Shown here in pieces: positions 11,763-25,708 of a stretch of DNA of 41,720 nt (the stretch's first letter is position 1; each line of letters opens with the position of its first letter). The notes beneath the pieces are model-generated. The model saw nothing but the letters and a program-made list of their open reading frames with translations. It searched no databases and was not told where the DNA came from. The translations under genes and the position numbers were made by a program. Source of the stretch: Tubiluchus corallicola (Eukaryota > Animalia > Priapulida); assembly GCA_030141605.1 (NCBI GenBank), contig JAQGDQ010001425.1, positions 1 to 41,720 of the forward strand. Direction: 5' to 3'.

Positions 11763-12508
11763 AAGTTTATGTGATTCATGACTTCTATTGTAGGTTTTGA
11801 CATGGTTTGAAAGTCTTCCAACAGTTTACTGATACTGAACTTGATAAACCATTTCAAACATTTTAATCAACGTTACTATATGAAGTCCAATGTCTCTACT
11901 ATCATTTATAATACAAAAACAGAAAACGCGAGTTTCATAAAACCCACTTTGAAGATTTCGATGATTACTGCAGGAGGGTGACATGTTTGTGGTTATCTGC
12001 TCTGATTGGTCGATTATCGACGATCATCATCGATCAGTGTGTCTCTTCTTCGCGAATAATCGAACTAAAAAGGAAAAGAAAAACCGATAATTAGTTTTTT
12101 TTCATACGTCAATGTATAGCAGTATGGCGTAAAGCCAAGTTTCTGCTGGAGACATCTGTCGGCAAATATTTTCGTTAATTTGATTAAAGCCAAGAAGAAC
12201 AATTATATTATTTAAAAAAACGAATAGTTATTTATTAAAATAAAAATGAACTTTAAAATAATTGGGTAAACGCACATAGGAGCTGGTGCCAGCTGTGTTA
12301 ACCAATACTCACAGAGGTACTCAGAAACCATCAGAGGCCATCAGAAGATGGCGGGTCTAGCATACCACGTGTTTGGCACGTGACACCAAACCACATGGAG
12401 TAAGTGCAATAACCCTGATAAACGTGAAAGTGTAAAAGCTTAATAGCCCGCGGCTAGTTCATTAATTTGAAAAGTTTTAATGATTTCTGAAGTAAATTCG
12501 TTGGAGCA

Positions 12509-12856
<348 letters not shown>

Positions 12857-12954
12857 AACACGTAAAAAGTCATCATCGTGTTACGATTGAAGTTCAGACT
12901 ACTCTCCCCCTCTGCCTCCTTTCCCCTCTTCTTTCTAACTCCTCCTTCTCATCC

Positions 12955-13372
<418 letters not shown>

Positions 13373-13909
13373 GCTTATCACCTGGGTTAACAACACGTGA
13401 ACTCGCTTCCTGTGAATCTCTGCTGGTGAAAATCCAGAAAAATAAATTTAAATTCGCTCAGTGACACGTAAAATGAAAAGGACGGAGTCAGAGTGAAAAA
13501 ATTCTTCCCCTTGGGAATATTGGAACAAAATGGAAGTGCAGAAGAAGAAGAAGACATAAAACAACTCGTTTGTGCAGACGTTATTAGCAACCAGGGAGCT
13601 CTTCCAACTCGTTGCCTTTCCTGTTTATGAGGTTTTGCTGAGTTACAATAACTATACGTCACACATTAGATGACAAAACTCTGCTTTATTGCACTCTGCA
13701 CACCGCCTGCCGCCTTGTTCTGTCATCCAAATCACCAGGGCAAATTGAAGGCACAAGCAAGGCAAGCGGACAGGCGAACAAACGAACAGACGAACAGACG
13801 CCTTCTTACTAAAAATACTCTTAGAAGTTTCAGTTGTTTCGTTTAGTTAATAGATTGATAAAGAGATAAAATCTTATTAGCCAATTAAAATTTACGTATA
13901 AAAAGTTAA

Positions 13910-13985
13910 AGGACAAGAAAAGGGGTACCGGAAATATGTTTCACAAAGATCGGCTTAAAATTATACTACTTCATAGCAATTTTAT
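13910..13985 (+). mobile_element. Left end of MITE family B (Kolobok/T2-like)
   Basis: TTAA then AGGACAAGAAAAGGGGTACC; reverse complement of 21931-21950. Confidence 0.75.
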
Positions 13986-14222
13986 CCCTCCAGTATGACA
14001 ATATTTTTATTACTTCCCACCCGTACATATATATCTGTATATATTGTATTAAGATATTAAGAGATTAAGACATATTAAGAGATGTAATATTGCATCTCCA
14101 TACATCTCAATATAAGTGTGATAATTATACCTAAACACTTCAAAATTCAAGTTAGTGCTGTGCTCACGCGTGAGCTCTGGAAAGCGTGCACTACGTCACA
14201 ACTGAATAGAGAAGAGTATTAA

Positions 14223-14799
14223 AGGACGACAGGATGATTTTCCATATACTACCCCATTTTCAAGTAGGTGAAAAGTATACATTTTAACACCAATAATACA
14301 AAAGCCTTTCAGATAATTAAATAATAGATTAAAAACTTAATTAACAGCGGGCGAGTCCAACTATTGATGACATCACAAACTAACATAATTTCAAACAACA
14401 AAAATATTACACGAGCATGTTGCACATGTTTGTGAAAGTAAAAATTGAAGGACAGCGCTACTGTGAGATATTCAGTGTGTTGTACTAAGATAAAAATTCC
14501 AATTTCAAAATCCTCACGCATGAGCTGAATTCGTCACAAACTAACATATCTAAAAAGAGAGGTACAGCACCTGTTTTTTGTGCAACACTTTCCAAAATGC
14601 AAGCGCTAGTGCCGGTTTAATTAGCGAATCGGCGACATTCATGTAACAGCGAAGAACTAGTGGCGCGAACGAGAAATTGTGTTTGTGTGGTTATAATTCT
14701 TTCACGTAAGTCATTTTTGAAAAAATAGTATGTTTCCTTTCAATATTTTAAAGAGTAGATTGTTTTGACCTACAGATTAAGATTGGGTCTGTTATTGCT
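14223..14799 (+). mobile_element. Full-length MITE family A (Kolobok/T2-like), about 577 bp
   Basis: TTAA on both sides (14219-14222, 14800-14803), AG...CT termini, short imperfect TIR (AGGAAGACAGGA vs AGCAAGACCGGA across copies), and at least five other pieces in the window. Confidence 0.82.
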
Positions 14800-14822
14800 T
14801 TAAGGTAAAATTAGTCTCTTAA

Positions 14823-15281
14823 CCCTTTCATACCCGTTGTATCCCGTGGGATACGAGAATATTTTCTGCCTTTAAAATTAATAAAATTTTAAAACTGACA
14901 GTTATTTGATCTGTTAATAGTTATTTTGATTTAAGCCAATAACTATAGACTAAAAATGGTGATAAAATGGCAAACTAGAAAATCTACATAGCATAAAAAA
15001 CTGCGCAAGGTACAGTACTTTAGAGACGACTTTGTACAGATCAGCATTGCGTGCATACTAAATATCTTAAATGCTTTAAAAAATTATCAGCAGTTGCAAA
15101 ATGAAGCACATTTTATGCTTCCATTGAATCCCAATGTATCCCGTGGGATACAGACTATATTTAGCACGCGGGCACACGTAGAAAAAATAATTATTATGTG
15201 TAAACAAGATGGACATACTGAACAAAAGTACCAAGCCAAAAAAATTTTTCTTATTAAAAAAATAATTTGGGACTGAAAGGG
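14823..15281. mobile_element. Complete piggyBac-like MITE, 459 bp
   Basis: TTAA flanks (14819-14822, 15282-15285); TIR CCCTTTCATACCC / GGGACTGAAAGGG; internal near-palindrome GTATCCCGTGGGATAC occurs twice. Confidence 0.88.
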
Positions 15282-15769
15282 TTAACTAGTTATCATAGAT
15301 ATATTATAAATAAATTCAAATATAAATACTTCAATATGAACATCAGGTTGACAATGTTCATTATATGTATACATTAACAATAAATACCAGATTCATGTAT
15401 AATAATGTGCATGAATGATGATGATGACTTTTAGAATGATTATATGGTGATGACGACGATAAATCTCATAATTTATTTATATAAAAATTATTAGAATAGT
15501 TGATTTTTATCGAGTTTCAAACTGCTTTACACAAAGTAGAACAGTTGCAAAAATACGTGTGATTTTAAATAAACTTCAATGTGCAGTGTGTGCCAGTTTG
15601 CTACTTATACGATGTTGCTGGAAAACTGTTTGTGGTGTATTGACGCATCACCTGCTCTACAAATAGGTAAATTTATGCAGTTACGTAAGGCGCCAAATTC
15701 TAGATATAATTGTTTAATTTCTAAGTTTAGCATAAGTAATAACTTCGTACAAGTATATCTGATTGCAAT

Positions 15770-16291
15770 AGATTTGTAGATTTATTTCGCAATAAACATA
15801 TACATATACATTACATGTGCATCGATAATCAGTTTTTGTTAATACAAAATTATGATAAAATTCATGAATTCTGCACTAGAGACCTAAGAAGCTAGCTTAT
15901 GGTAGGCCAGTAGAATTAGTTACGAAAAAAATTACAATATGTACAGATACAATATTACAATATATACAAATATAAATACGGGTGGGAAGTAATAAAAAAA
16001 TTATTATACTAGAGGGGAAGTTTTTGAAAATGAAAAACAACAAATCATGATTGAGTGATCAGTTATATGTTTCAAGTAAGTTTAATTTATAATTTTTTTA
16101 AATATGGACAGCGAGTTGGTATTTTTAATAGCTGGAGCAATTGAATTCCATATGTAAGGGCCATTGTATTTAATAGAACATTTTCTAACATTAGTGTTGC
16201 ACTGTATGTAGTGATAGTTCAGTCTATAACGTGTGCCGTAATTATGTATCTCAGCATTCAAACAAAAATAATCAGTAAATAAGGGAAGCAA
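15770..16291 (-). mobile_element. 5'-truncated CR1/L2-group LINE (ORF2 C-terminus and 3' UTR)
   Basis: LPLFTDYF...IHNYGTR...SIKYNGPYIWNSIAPAIKNTNSLSIFKK matches the HxYxTR / YxGxxxWNxLP / SxxxFK terminal signature. Confidence 0.85.
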
Positions 16292-16299
16292 TAATTTAA

Positions 16300-16898
16300 T
16301 TTAAGGCAAAAATTATACTACTTTACAGCAATTTTATGCACATATCGTGCTCGGGTTAAAAGAATTTTAGTTTGTTTCCATTTTAAATCTCCCACAATGC
16401 TGTTCCCAAGCCGCCATTACATGACGTCAGAACGCCACGTAAATCAGGGGAAGAAAAGGCAATGTTAAATTATGTCCCAAACAACTTTCCATGCAAATCT
16501 GTATTACTTAGCTTTTCGCTGACCTGCTTGAAACACTTATGTAACTAGAAGAGAAAATTATTAATTATTTAAAATGTTTTCACCAATTGGTAAAATGTCG
16601 CTGACTCACCCTCCAGGGTGCACCACTCACTAACCAAAAATGTATTTTAATCTTATTGAAAAAATTTACTTATATTTACAGTAATTTACAATTTTACTTA
16701 TTTAGTGACGTGTGCGCTACGAATGCTCTGGTTATTTTTTCAAACTTTACACAATGTTATCTAAACTTGTTTCAAATGACTTTTCGTCAAAATGGCTGCG
16801 ACTCTCATCTCGGAAGTTTAGAAGGCAGTATATAAGTGGCATAAAAATTTCGAGACGAATTTTTTAAGGTTTATGTAAGTGGAGGGTTTTCTTGTGCT
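16300..16898 (+). mobile_element. Body and right end of MITE family B
   Basis: Reverse complement aligns along 21353-21900; ends GGAGGGTTTTCTTGTGCT. Confidence 0.85.
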
Positions 16899-17594
16899 TT
16901 CTAAAGCACATTGCAGCATACCAGACGACAATCATATACAAAGAATGCGACTGATTGAGTAGTGGTAATAGCGCCATCAACAACTGACATTATGAAAAGA
17001 GAACTACAATATTACAAAATTACTGCAAATATACTTCCCAATTTTCAAGTAGGATAAAAAGTAAAGATTTTAATGCAATTAATACTGCAAAAGCGTTTTT
17101 GATAATTAAATAATAGAATAAAAACTTAATTAACAACGGGCGAGCCCAACTAGTGATACATCACAAACTAACATAACTTTTAACAGTAAAAATATTTCAC
17201 GAGCGTGTTGCACGTGTTTGAAAAAGCGAAAATTGAAGTACAGTGCTGCTGTAAGATATTCAGTGCGTTGTACTAAAACTGATCAAGTTTAAAAATATAA
17301 AAATTCAAATGTGAAATTTACTGCTTAGCTCACGCATGAGCTGTCGAACGTGTGAAATACGTCACAAACGAACACATCTGAACTGAGATATGCAGCACCT
17401 GTTTTGTGTGCAAAGCGTTTCTGAAATGCAGGCGCTAGTGCCCGTCTAACTAGCGAATAGCAAAATGCAATTAACAGCTAAGAACTAGTGGTGCGAACGT
17501 GAAATTGTGTTTGTGTGGTAATAATTCTTTCACGTAAGTCACGGTTGAAAAAATAGTATGTTTTTTTCAATATTTTGAAAAGTAGATTGTTTTG

Positions 17595-18400
<806 letters not shown>

Positions 18401-18499
18401 AAACACTAATATTCTATATCATTATGATGTCGGTGTTACGATGTTACGGAGTGTTACGATGATTACTAATTAAGTTACATCTTACTACAGGTGGCTCTG

Positions 18500-18793
18500 A
18501 TTAACTAGCTCCTGCATTTCGGAAACGCATTGCACAAAAAACAGGTGCTGTACCTCTCAGTTGAGATGTACTAGTTTGTGACGAACACGTGCAACAAGCT
18601 CATGGAATTTTTTGATGTTGAAAATTTTGTTAGTTTGTGATGTCATCAATAGTTGACCTCGTCCGTCGTCAATTAAGATCTTAATCTATTATTTAATTAT
18701 AAGAAACGCTTTTGTAGTATTACTTGTGTTAAAATGCATACTTTTTATCGCACTTGAAAATGGGGTAGTGCATGAAAAATCATCCTGTCTTCC
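18500..18793 (-). mobile_element. Deleted copy of MITE family A
   Basis: Reverse complement of parts of 14223-14610; ends AATCATCCTGTCTTCCT. Confidence 0.8.
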
Positions 18794-19088
18794 TTTATGT
18801 GTAACTCTCTGTGTTTCGCATGCTGAGAATAATCAGACACTTGCATGCTAGTGGCATCTATCGGCAAGGTAATAAATTACTGTTTTGCTTTTTTTATATG
18901 TGTAATGGGCTTTTAAATACAGTGTGTTGGTTGTTGCTGTTGCTGCTGCTGCTGCTGCCTCATTGTCATTTTTATTACGTTTGTCGTCGTCACAGTCGTC
19001 GCCGATGCTACACTGTTGTTATTGCCGTTGCCGTTGTCGTATTTTTTGGTACTTTTGACGAGAAACAAAGAGAATACAAATACGTTAC

Positions 19089-19196
19089 CATATCTGAGAG
19101 TAACATGAGTTGTTCGGGAGTCAAACTTCGCTCGTTCAAATCACTTCTGCTGAAATAAAATGGCGACGATGACGGAGTTTTTTCTGTTTTGTCATC
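19089..19196 (-). CDS. Probable second coding exon of the corazonin-like precursor (DDKTEKTPSSSPFYFSRSDLNERSLTPEQLMLLSDM)
   Basis: Acceptor atttttcttttAG (19198-19197), 108 nt open in phase 0 matching the upstream phase-0 donor, and donor ATG/GTAACG. Confidence 0.6.
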
Positions 19197-19249
19197 CTAA
19201 AAGAAAAATATTTTGATATCGTTCATATAGAATAAGACCTCTTTTATTC

Positions 19250-19431
19250 TTTCTCTTTCTGTATCTTTCTCTCTTTTTCTCGAACTGTCTCCCTCCCTCT
19301 TCACTCTGTCTCCCCATTCTCTTTCTCTCTCTCCTCTCTTTTTCTCCCTCTCTCTTTCTCTTTCTCTTTCCTCTCTCTCATTCTCTTTCTCTCTCTCTCT
19401 CTCTCTTGGTCTCCCTCCCTCTCTGTTTCTC

Positions 19432-19515
<84 letters not shown>
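19250..19515. repeat. (CT)n-rich microsatellite
   Basis: Directly visible. Confidence 0.93.
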
Positions 19516-19516
<1 letters not shown>

Positions 19517-19882
19517 ACGCTCCAGCACACATTCCTCAACAAGTAACAATCTTCGAATACAGAAGAAGTAATTCTAATCTAAAAAAGCTTGTTAGACCAA
19601 TACACAATGATTGTCGAACGACAGCTAGAGTAGAATTTGGAGTAAGCTTCGTGCAAAATTTGAAACAAAATGTGACAGTTACGCGTGCTCAGAATACGTT
19701 AGACTTCTACTACACACGTACGCACTGTACTAAGGCATGTTCACATTCATGCGATTCGTGAAGCTACGGCGACGGCTACATGAAAGCCATTGGTAAAATG
19801 TGGCATTCATTTTGACGTAACAACATATGCACAATGGTGCGACAGATCATTTGTGTGATTAACCGGCTAATTAGCTGAGAAA

Positions 19883-20042
19883 CTGGCAGACAGGCAGACT
19901 GGTAGACTGACTGGCTTATTGACTGACTGACGGACAGAAGGACTGGCTGACTGGCTGACTGACTGCCTGACTGACTGACTGATTGACTGACTGGCTCACT
20001 TAATGACTGACTGACCGACCAACCGACACACTTACTGACTGA
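19883..20042. repeat. Degenerate (GACT)n tetranucleotide repeat
   Basis: Directly visible. Confidence 0.85.
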
Positions 20043-20297
20043 GGCAGACTTCCTGAATGAATGGTAGGATCAATATCTATATGAAAAAATGACGTATGAA
20101 TCTTTTATTTTGCATTTTGTCTTCTTCTTCGTTCTTCTTTTCATCTATTTTCACCTTTTTGTTTCGCCTTCTCTTTCCTTCATGTCTTCCTTCAAACTTA
20201 AATTCTTTTGTTAATCAATTCGTTTGATTATCTGACTATAGTTGTTCGTTCATTTGGTCATTTATTCACTCTTACATTTTTTCCTTAGTCTATCGGA

Positions 20298-21028
20298 TCG
20301 TTCGTTCACTCATTCATTCATTCATTCATTCATTCATTCATTCATTCATTCATTCATTCATTCATTCATTCATTCATTCATTCATTCATTCATCCATTCA
20401 TTCATTCATTCATTCATTCATTCATTCATTCGTTCATTCATACACTCGTTCATTCGTTCATTCACTCATTCGTTCATGCATTCATTCGTTCATTCATTCA
20501 TTCGTTCATTCATTCATTCATTCATTCATTCATTCATTCATTCATTCATTCATTCATTCATTCATTCATTCATTCATTCATTCATTCATTCGTTCATTCA
20601 TTCATTCGTTCATTCATTCATTCATTCATTCATTCATTCATTCATTCATTCGTTCATTCATTCATTCATTCATTCATTCATTCATTCGTTCGTTCGTTCG
20701 TTCGTTCGTTCGTTCGTTCCATTCATTTTTCATTCATTCATTCATTCATTCATTCATACATTCATTCATTCATTCATTCATTCATTCATTCATTCATTCA
20801 TTCATTCATTCATTGGTTCATTCACTCATTCATTCATTCATTCATTTATTCATTCATTCATACATTCGTTCATTCATTCATTCATTCATTCATTCATTCA
20901 TTCATTCATTCATTCATTCATTCATTCTTTCATTCATTCATTCACTCATTCATTCATTCATTCATTCATTCATTCATTCATTCATTCATTCATTCAATCA
21001 TTCAATCATTCATTCATTCATACATTCA
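20298..21028. repeat. (ATTC)n microsatellite, about 730 bp, intronic
   Basis: Directly visible; source of the FIHS junk ORFs. Confidence 0.97.
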
Positions 21029-21065
21029 CCCATTTCCCCAAGCAAAGCAAAAGTACCATTCTTAC

Positions 21066-21248
21066 ATTTAAGTAACGATTCAACAATCTCTGTAGAAACA
21101 GTGGCTCCCTCTCTCGGTTGAATATTGAATCATCGGAACGTTTACCACTTTTCCAATCGTTCCTACTATAATGAAATGTCTGCGTCGTGGCCGTATGAAA
21201 CAAGACCGCTATTATCACTGTTAATAACATCGCTGTTATTGATGACAT
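21066..21248 (-). CDS. Crz: First coding exon of a corazonin/GnRH-superfamily neuropeptide precursor
   Basis: Hydrophobic signal peptide MSSITAMLLTVIIAVLFHTATT directly followed by QTFHYSRNDWKS-G-KR (compare corazonin pQTFQYSRGWTN-amide). Long T tract plus CAG acceptor 2 nt before the ATG; donor AAT/GTAAGA after codon 61 (phase 0). Confidence 0.88.
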
Positions 21249-21352
21249 ATCTGAAAAAAATAATAATAAAATAAAAGTAAAAAAACATTTTCATTTCAAC
21301 TCTTTCAGCAAACATTTTGATATTCACCATGGATTAAGGGGAAGAGACTTAA

Positions 21353-21950
21353 AGCACAAGAAAATCCTCCACTTACATAAAACTTGAAAAATTCATCTTG
21401 AAATTTTATGCCACTTACATACTGCCTTCTAAACTTCCAAGATGAGAGTCGCAGCCATTTTGACGATAAGTCATTTGAAACAAGCTTAGATAACATTGTG
21501 TAAAGTTTTAAAAAATAATCAGAGCATTCTTAGCATACATGTTACTAATTAAGTAAAATTTTAAATTACTGTATCTTATCAATAAAATTAAATATACGTT
21601 TTTGGCTAGTGAGTGGCGCGCCCTGGAGGGTGAGTCAAGGACATTTTACCAACTGGTGAAAACATTTTAAAAAACTAATAATTTTTTTCTAGTTACATAA
21701 GTCTTTCAAACAGGTAAGCGAAATGCTAAGTAATTTTTAACATTTCCTTTTCTTCCCCTGATTTACGTTGTGCACATATGACGTCATGTAATGGCGCTGT
21801 CGGAACAGTGTCGCGGGAGATTTAAAATGAAAACAAACAAAAAATCTTCTCAATGCGAGTACGACATATGCATAAATGTAATAAATAAAGCAATGTAATT
21901 TTTAAGGCAATTTTTCTTAAACCTGCTTCAGGTACCCCTTTTCTTGTTCT
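21353..21950 (-). mobile_element. Full-length MITE family B (Kolobok/T2-like), about 600 bp
   Basis: TTAA at 21349-21352 and TTGA at 21951-21954; imperfect TIR AGCACAAGAAAA / TTTTCTTGTTCT. Confidence 0.85.
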
Positions 21951-22599
21951 TTGAAGGACAGGACAGGTTTTTTGCAAAGTTAGGCTTATTTCAAGGTATG
22001 CGGAATATGTTAGAATGATTTAGTAATAACAGTGTGATAAGCGCGTCGTGTAATTAGTAATCACCTCACGCTTGAGCGCTTCCATTTAAATGCCCATTTT
22101 TCCACCAATTACGTCATTAATCGACTACACAAAAGAAGCACACCATGAATTTCCGTCACAACTGCAATGAGATTTTACAAATGTAAGCTGCAGCTGTTTG
22201 AAATTAAGCAACGCGTACTTACGAAAACCCACGATGCGCTTGCGAAAAAACAAGAGGTCAACTAGTTACGTCATAATTTTCAACTAAATGGCGGCAACCA
22301 CTGCACTTGAAAATTCATATGCAGAAGTAGCAAAATTAACTTTGTAGACAGTTTCTTTGATATATTTTCCCAAGTTTAAGTGATAACAGCAAAATAAACC
22401 CAACGTGTTAAATAACTTGTCTTCTCCAAGAACTGCATTTCTTGGTTCTCTGCATTTCCTGTAGATGTTAGAGGCATACCACCATTGGAGCACATTTCAA
22501 AAAACACTACCCTCTAAAGGTTACTTATAGTGAGTAGCGGACGGCTTGTTTTGTACGGATTCAGCATAAAGTTGTGGAGATTATGAAAACTTTTTACAA

Positions 22600-23658
22600 C
22601 TATGTTACTACTGTGATTGTTTGGCAGTGGAAACTTTTAAAACAATGATGCCAAAGTGATGATTTAACAATGGAATCTTTTATGAAAGTAATGCTACTAT
22701 GGTTGTTTAACAATAAATCTTTTATGACAATGACGTCACTGTGATCGTTTAACAATGGAGTCCTTTATAACAAGGATACCACTATGATTTACTGGCTATG
22801 AAATGCTGTTTGGTAACAATGGCACCGTGATTGTTTAGTATTTGAACCCGTTTTGGTAACAATGCCATTGTGATTGTCCAGCAATGGAGTCCTTTATGAA
22901 AAGGATGCTACTAAGAAACCCTTTTTGGTAACAATGCCACTGTGGTTGTCCAGCAATGGAGACCTTTATGACAAAGATGCTACTATGATTTACTGACTAT
23001 GGAGTTCTTTTTGGTAACAATGCCACTGTGATTGTTTAGCAATTGAACCCTTTTTGTAAACAATGCCACTGTGATTGTTTAGCAATTGAACCCTTTTTGG
23101 TGACAATGCCACTGTGATTGTTTAGCAATTGAACCCTTTTTGTAAACAATGCCACTGTGATTGTTTAGCAATTGAACCCTTTTTGGTAACAATGCCACTG
23201 TGATTGTTTAGCAATTGAACCCTTTTTGGTGACAATGCCACTGTGATTGTTTAGCAATTGAACCCTTTTTGTAAACAATGCCACTGTGATTGTTTAGCAA
23301 TTGAACCCTTTTTGGTGACAATGCCACTGTGATTGTTTAGCAATTGAACCCTTTTTGTAAACAATGCCACTGTGATTGTTTAGCAATTGAACCCTTTTTG
23401 GTGACAATGCCACTGTGATTGTTTAGCAATTGAACCCTTTTTGTAAACAATGCCACTGCGATTGTTTAGCAATTGAACCCTTTTTGGTGACAATGCCACT
23501 GTGATTGTTTAGCAATTGAACCCTTTTTGGTAACAATGCCACTGTGATTGTTTAGCAATTGAACCCTTTTTGGTGACAATGCCACTGTGATTGTTTAGCA
23601 ATTGAACCCTTTTTGGTAACAATGCCACTGTGATTGTTTAGCAATTGAACCCTTTTTG
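22600..23658. repeat. Minisatellite, 43-bp unit; about 15 homogeneous copies (23010-23658) preceded by degenerate copies
   Basis: Unit AACAATGCCACTGTGATTGTTTAGCAATTGAACCCTTTTTGGT; CAATGCC at 23061 and 23104. Confidence 0.95.
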
Positions 23659-23779
23659 CAAATGATTTGTCAACCTAATGAAAGTGCAGCCCGGGCGATT
23701 AATTGAGTGTATCCAGCTGAAGTCCGTACCACGATCCCAAAGATAGTGCAGGTAGTTTTTTCTACTAGATAGGATGCCA

Positions 23780-23830
23780 TTAACCCTTTCAAGACGGTTG
23801 TAGCTTAATGACACTGTACTACACAGACTG
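23780..23830 (+). mobile_element. Possible solo piggyBac-like terminus
   Basis: TTAA then CCCTTTCA, as at 14819; no partner end found. Confidence 0.3.
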
Positions 23831-24464
23831 TGTCATACACATTACTAATATGCATTGTAATGAAATTACCACTATCTGTCGTGAAAGTAGAAATATATGA
23901 TTTGTAATATAAATTTTAATAACTTCTAAAATAGTTTCTTGAGTATAGTAGTAATGATGTACGCAGGTCGGATGCAAAAAAAAATCGTTATTAGGCCTTT
24001 CTGTACTTGGCTCCTTGATCAAACTGCCTGTGGCCCGCAGGAATTGCAGGAAAGTTTAATGTGGCCCGGCTAGTCAGATAATTTGCACACTCTTGCCTTA
24101 CATAAATGTGAGTTGACAACAACAAATGCTGAAGACACATTGTCAGCAAGGTTTTTCAAGAAAGATAAAATTGTAGTATAGCAGACCTGGTGAGCAATTC
24201 ACACATAATTCATGCAATCAGGTACGATGTCTAATTTCCAGTTGAGATGCACAAGGCCATTATAAAGAGAAGCTATTTATACGTCGGTTCCTCTTTTGTG
24301 GGCGGTGAAACCCAATTCCAACTCATTAAACGTTGGCTAATAGGCCTACTAGTATTTATACTGAAAGCTGTTATATAGACAACAACGTACGTAATGTATA
24401 TGCCAATGGGGATATTGATTCGTTAACTTTTCTCGCAGTTTCAATCTATGCTTAACCCATATAC

Positions 24465-25708
24465 TCTAGCGACTTGATAGAGTTAAGACTTTATCTAGCT
24501 TTGCGGTATAGAGACTTGCTAGAATTAAACATTGTTTAGCTTTACAATATAGAGACTTGCTAGAGTTAAGACTTTATCTAGCTTTACAATATAGACTCTT
24601 GCTAGAGTTAAGACTTTATCTAGTTTTGCGGTATAGAGACTTGCTAGAATTAAACATTGTTTAGCTTTACAATATAGAGACTTGCTAGAGTTAAGACTTT
24701 ATCTAGCTTTACAATATAGACTCTTGCTAGAGTTAAGACTTTATCTAGTTTTGCGGTATAGAGACTTGCTAGAATTAAACATTGTTTAGCTTTACAATAT
24801 AGAGACTTGCTAGAGTTAAGACTTTATCTAGCTTTACAATATAGACTCTTGCTAGAGTTAAGACTTTATCTAGTTTTGCGGTATATAGACTTGCTAGAAT
24901 TAAACATTGTTTAGCTTTACAATATAGAGACTTGCTAGAGTTGAGACTTTATCTACCTTTGCAGTATAGAGCCTTGCTAGAATTAAACATTGTTTAGCTT
25001 TACAATATAGAGTCTTGCTAGAGTTAAGACTTTATCTAGCTTTGCGGTATAGAGACTTGCTAGAATTAAACATCGTTTAGCTTTACAATATAGAGACTGG
25101 CTAGAGTTAAGACTTTATCTAGCTTCACAGTATAGAAACTTGATAGAGAAAAAACTTCATCTAGCTTTACAGTATAGAGAGTTGCTAGAATTAACATTGT
25201 TTAGCTTTACAATATAGAGACTTGCTAGAGTTGAGACTTATATAGCTTTACAATATAGAGACTTGCTAGAGTTAAGACTTTATCTAGCATTGCAGTATAG
25301 AGACTTGCTAGAATAAACATTGTCTAGCTTTACAATATAGAGACCTGCTAGAGTTAAGACTTTATATAGCTTTACAATATAGAGACTTGCTAGAGTTAAG
25401 ACTTTATCTAGCTTTGCGGTATAGAGACTTGCTAGAATAACATTGTATAGCTTTACAATATAGAGACTTGCTGGAGTTAAGATTTTATCTAGCTTTACAA
25501 TATAGAGACTTGCTGGAGTTAAGACTTTATCTAGCTTTACAATATAGAGACTTGCTGGAGTTAAGACTTTATCTAGCTTTACAATATAGAGACTTGCTAG
25601 AGTAAAGACTTTATCTAGCATTACAATAAAGAGACTTGCTAGAGTTGAGACTTTATATAGCTTTACAATATAGAGACTTCTTAGAGTTAAGACTTTACCT
25701 AGCTTTAC
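24465..25708. repeat. Minisatellite, 41-42-bp unit, about 30 copies, with a 125-bp trimeric higher-order repeat
   Basis: Unit TAGAGACTTGCTAGAGTTAAGACTTTATCTAGCTTTACAATA; the GCGGTA variant recurs at 24503, 24628, 24753 and 24878. Confidence 0.95.

Noticed and set aside
21018-21065. ORF-track extension VRMVLLLCLGKWVNV of the neuropeptide ORF
   Set aside because: It begins at a consensus donor GTAAGA and runs into the (ATTC)n tract, so it is read as intron.
25280-25621. ORF with 14-aa repeats
   Set aside because: Translation of the 42-bp minisatellite.
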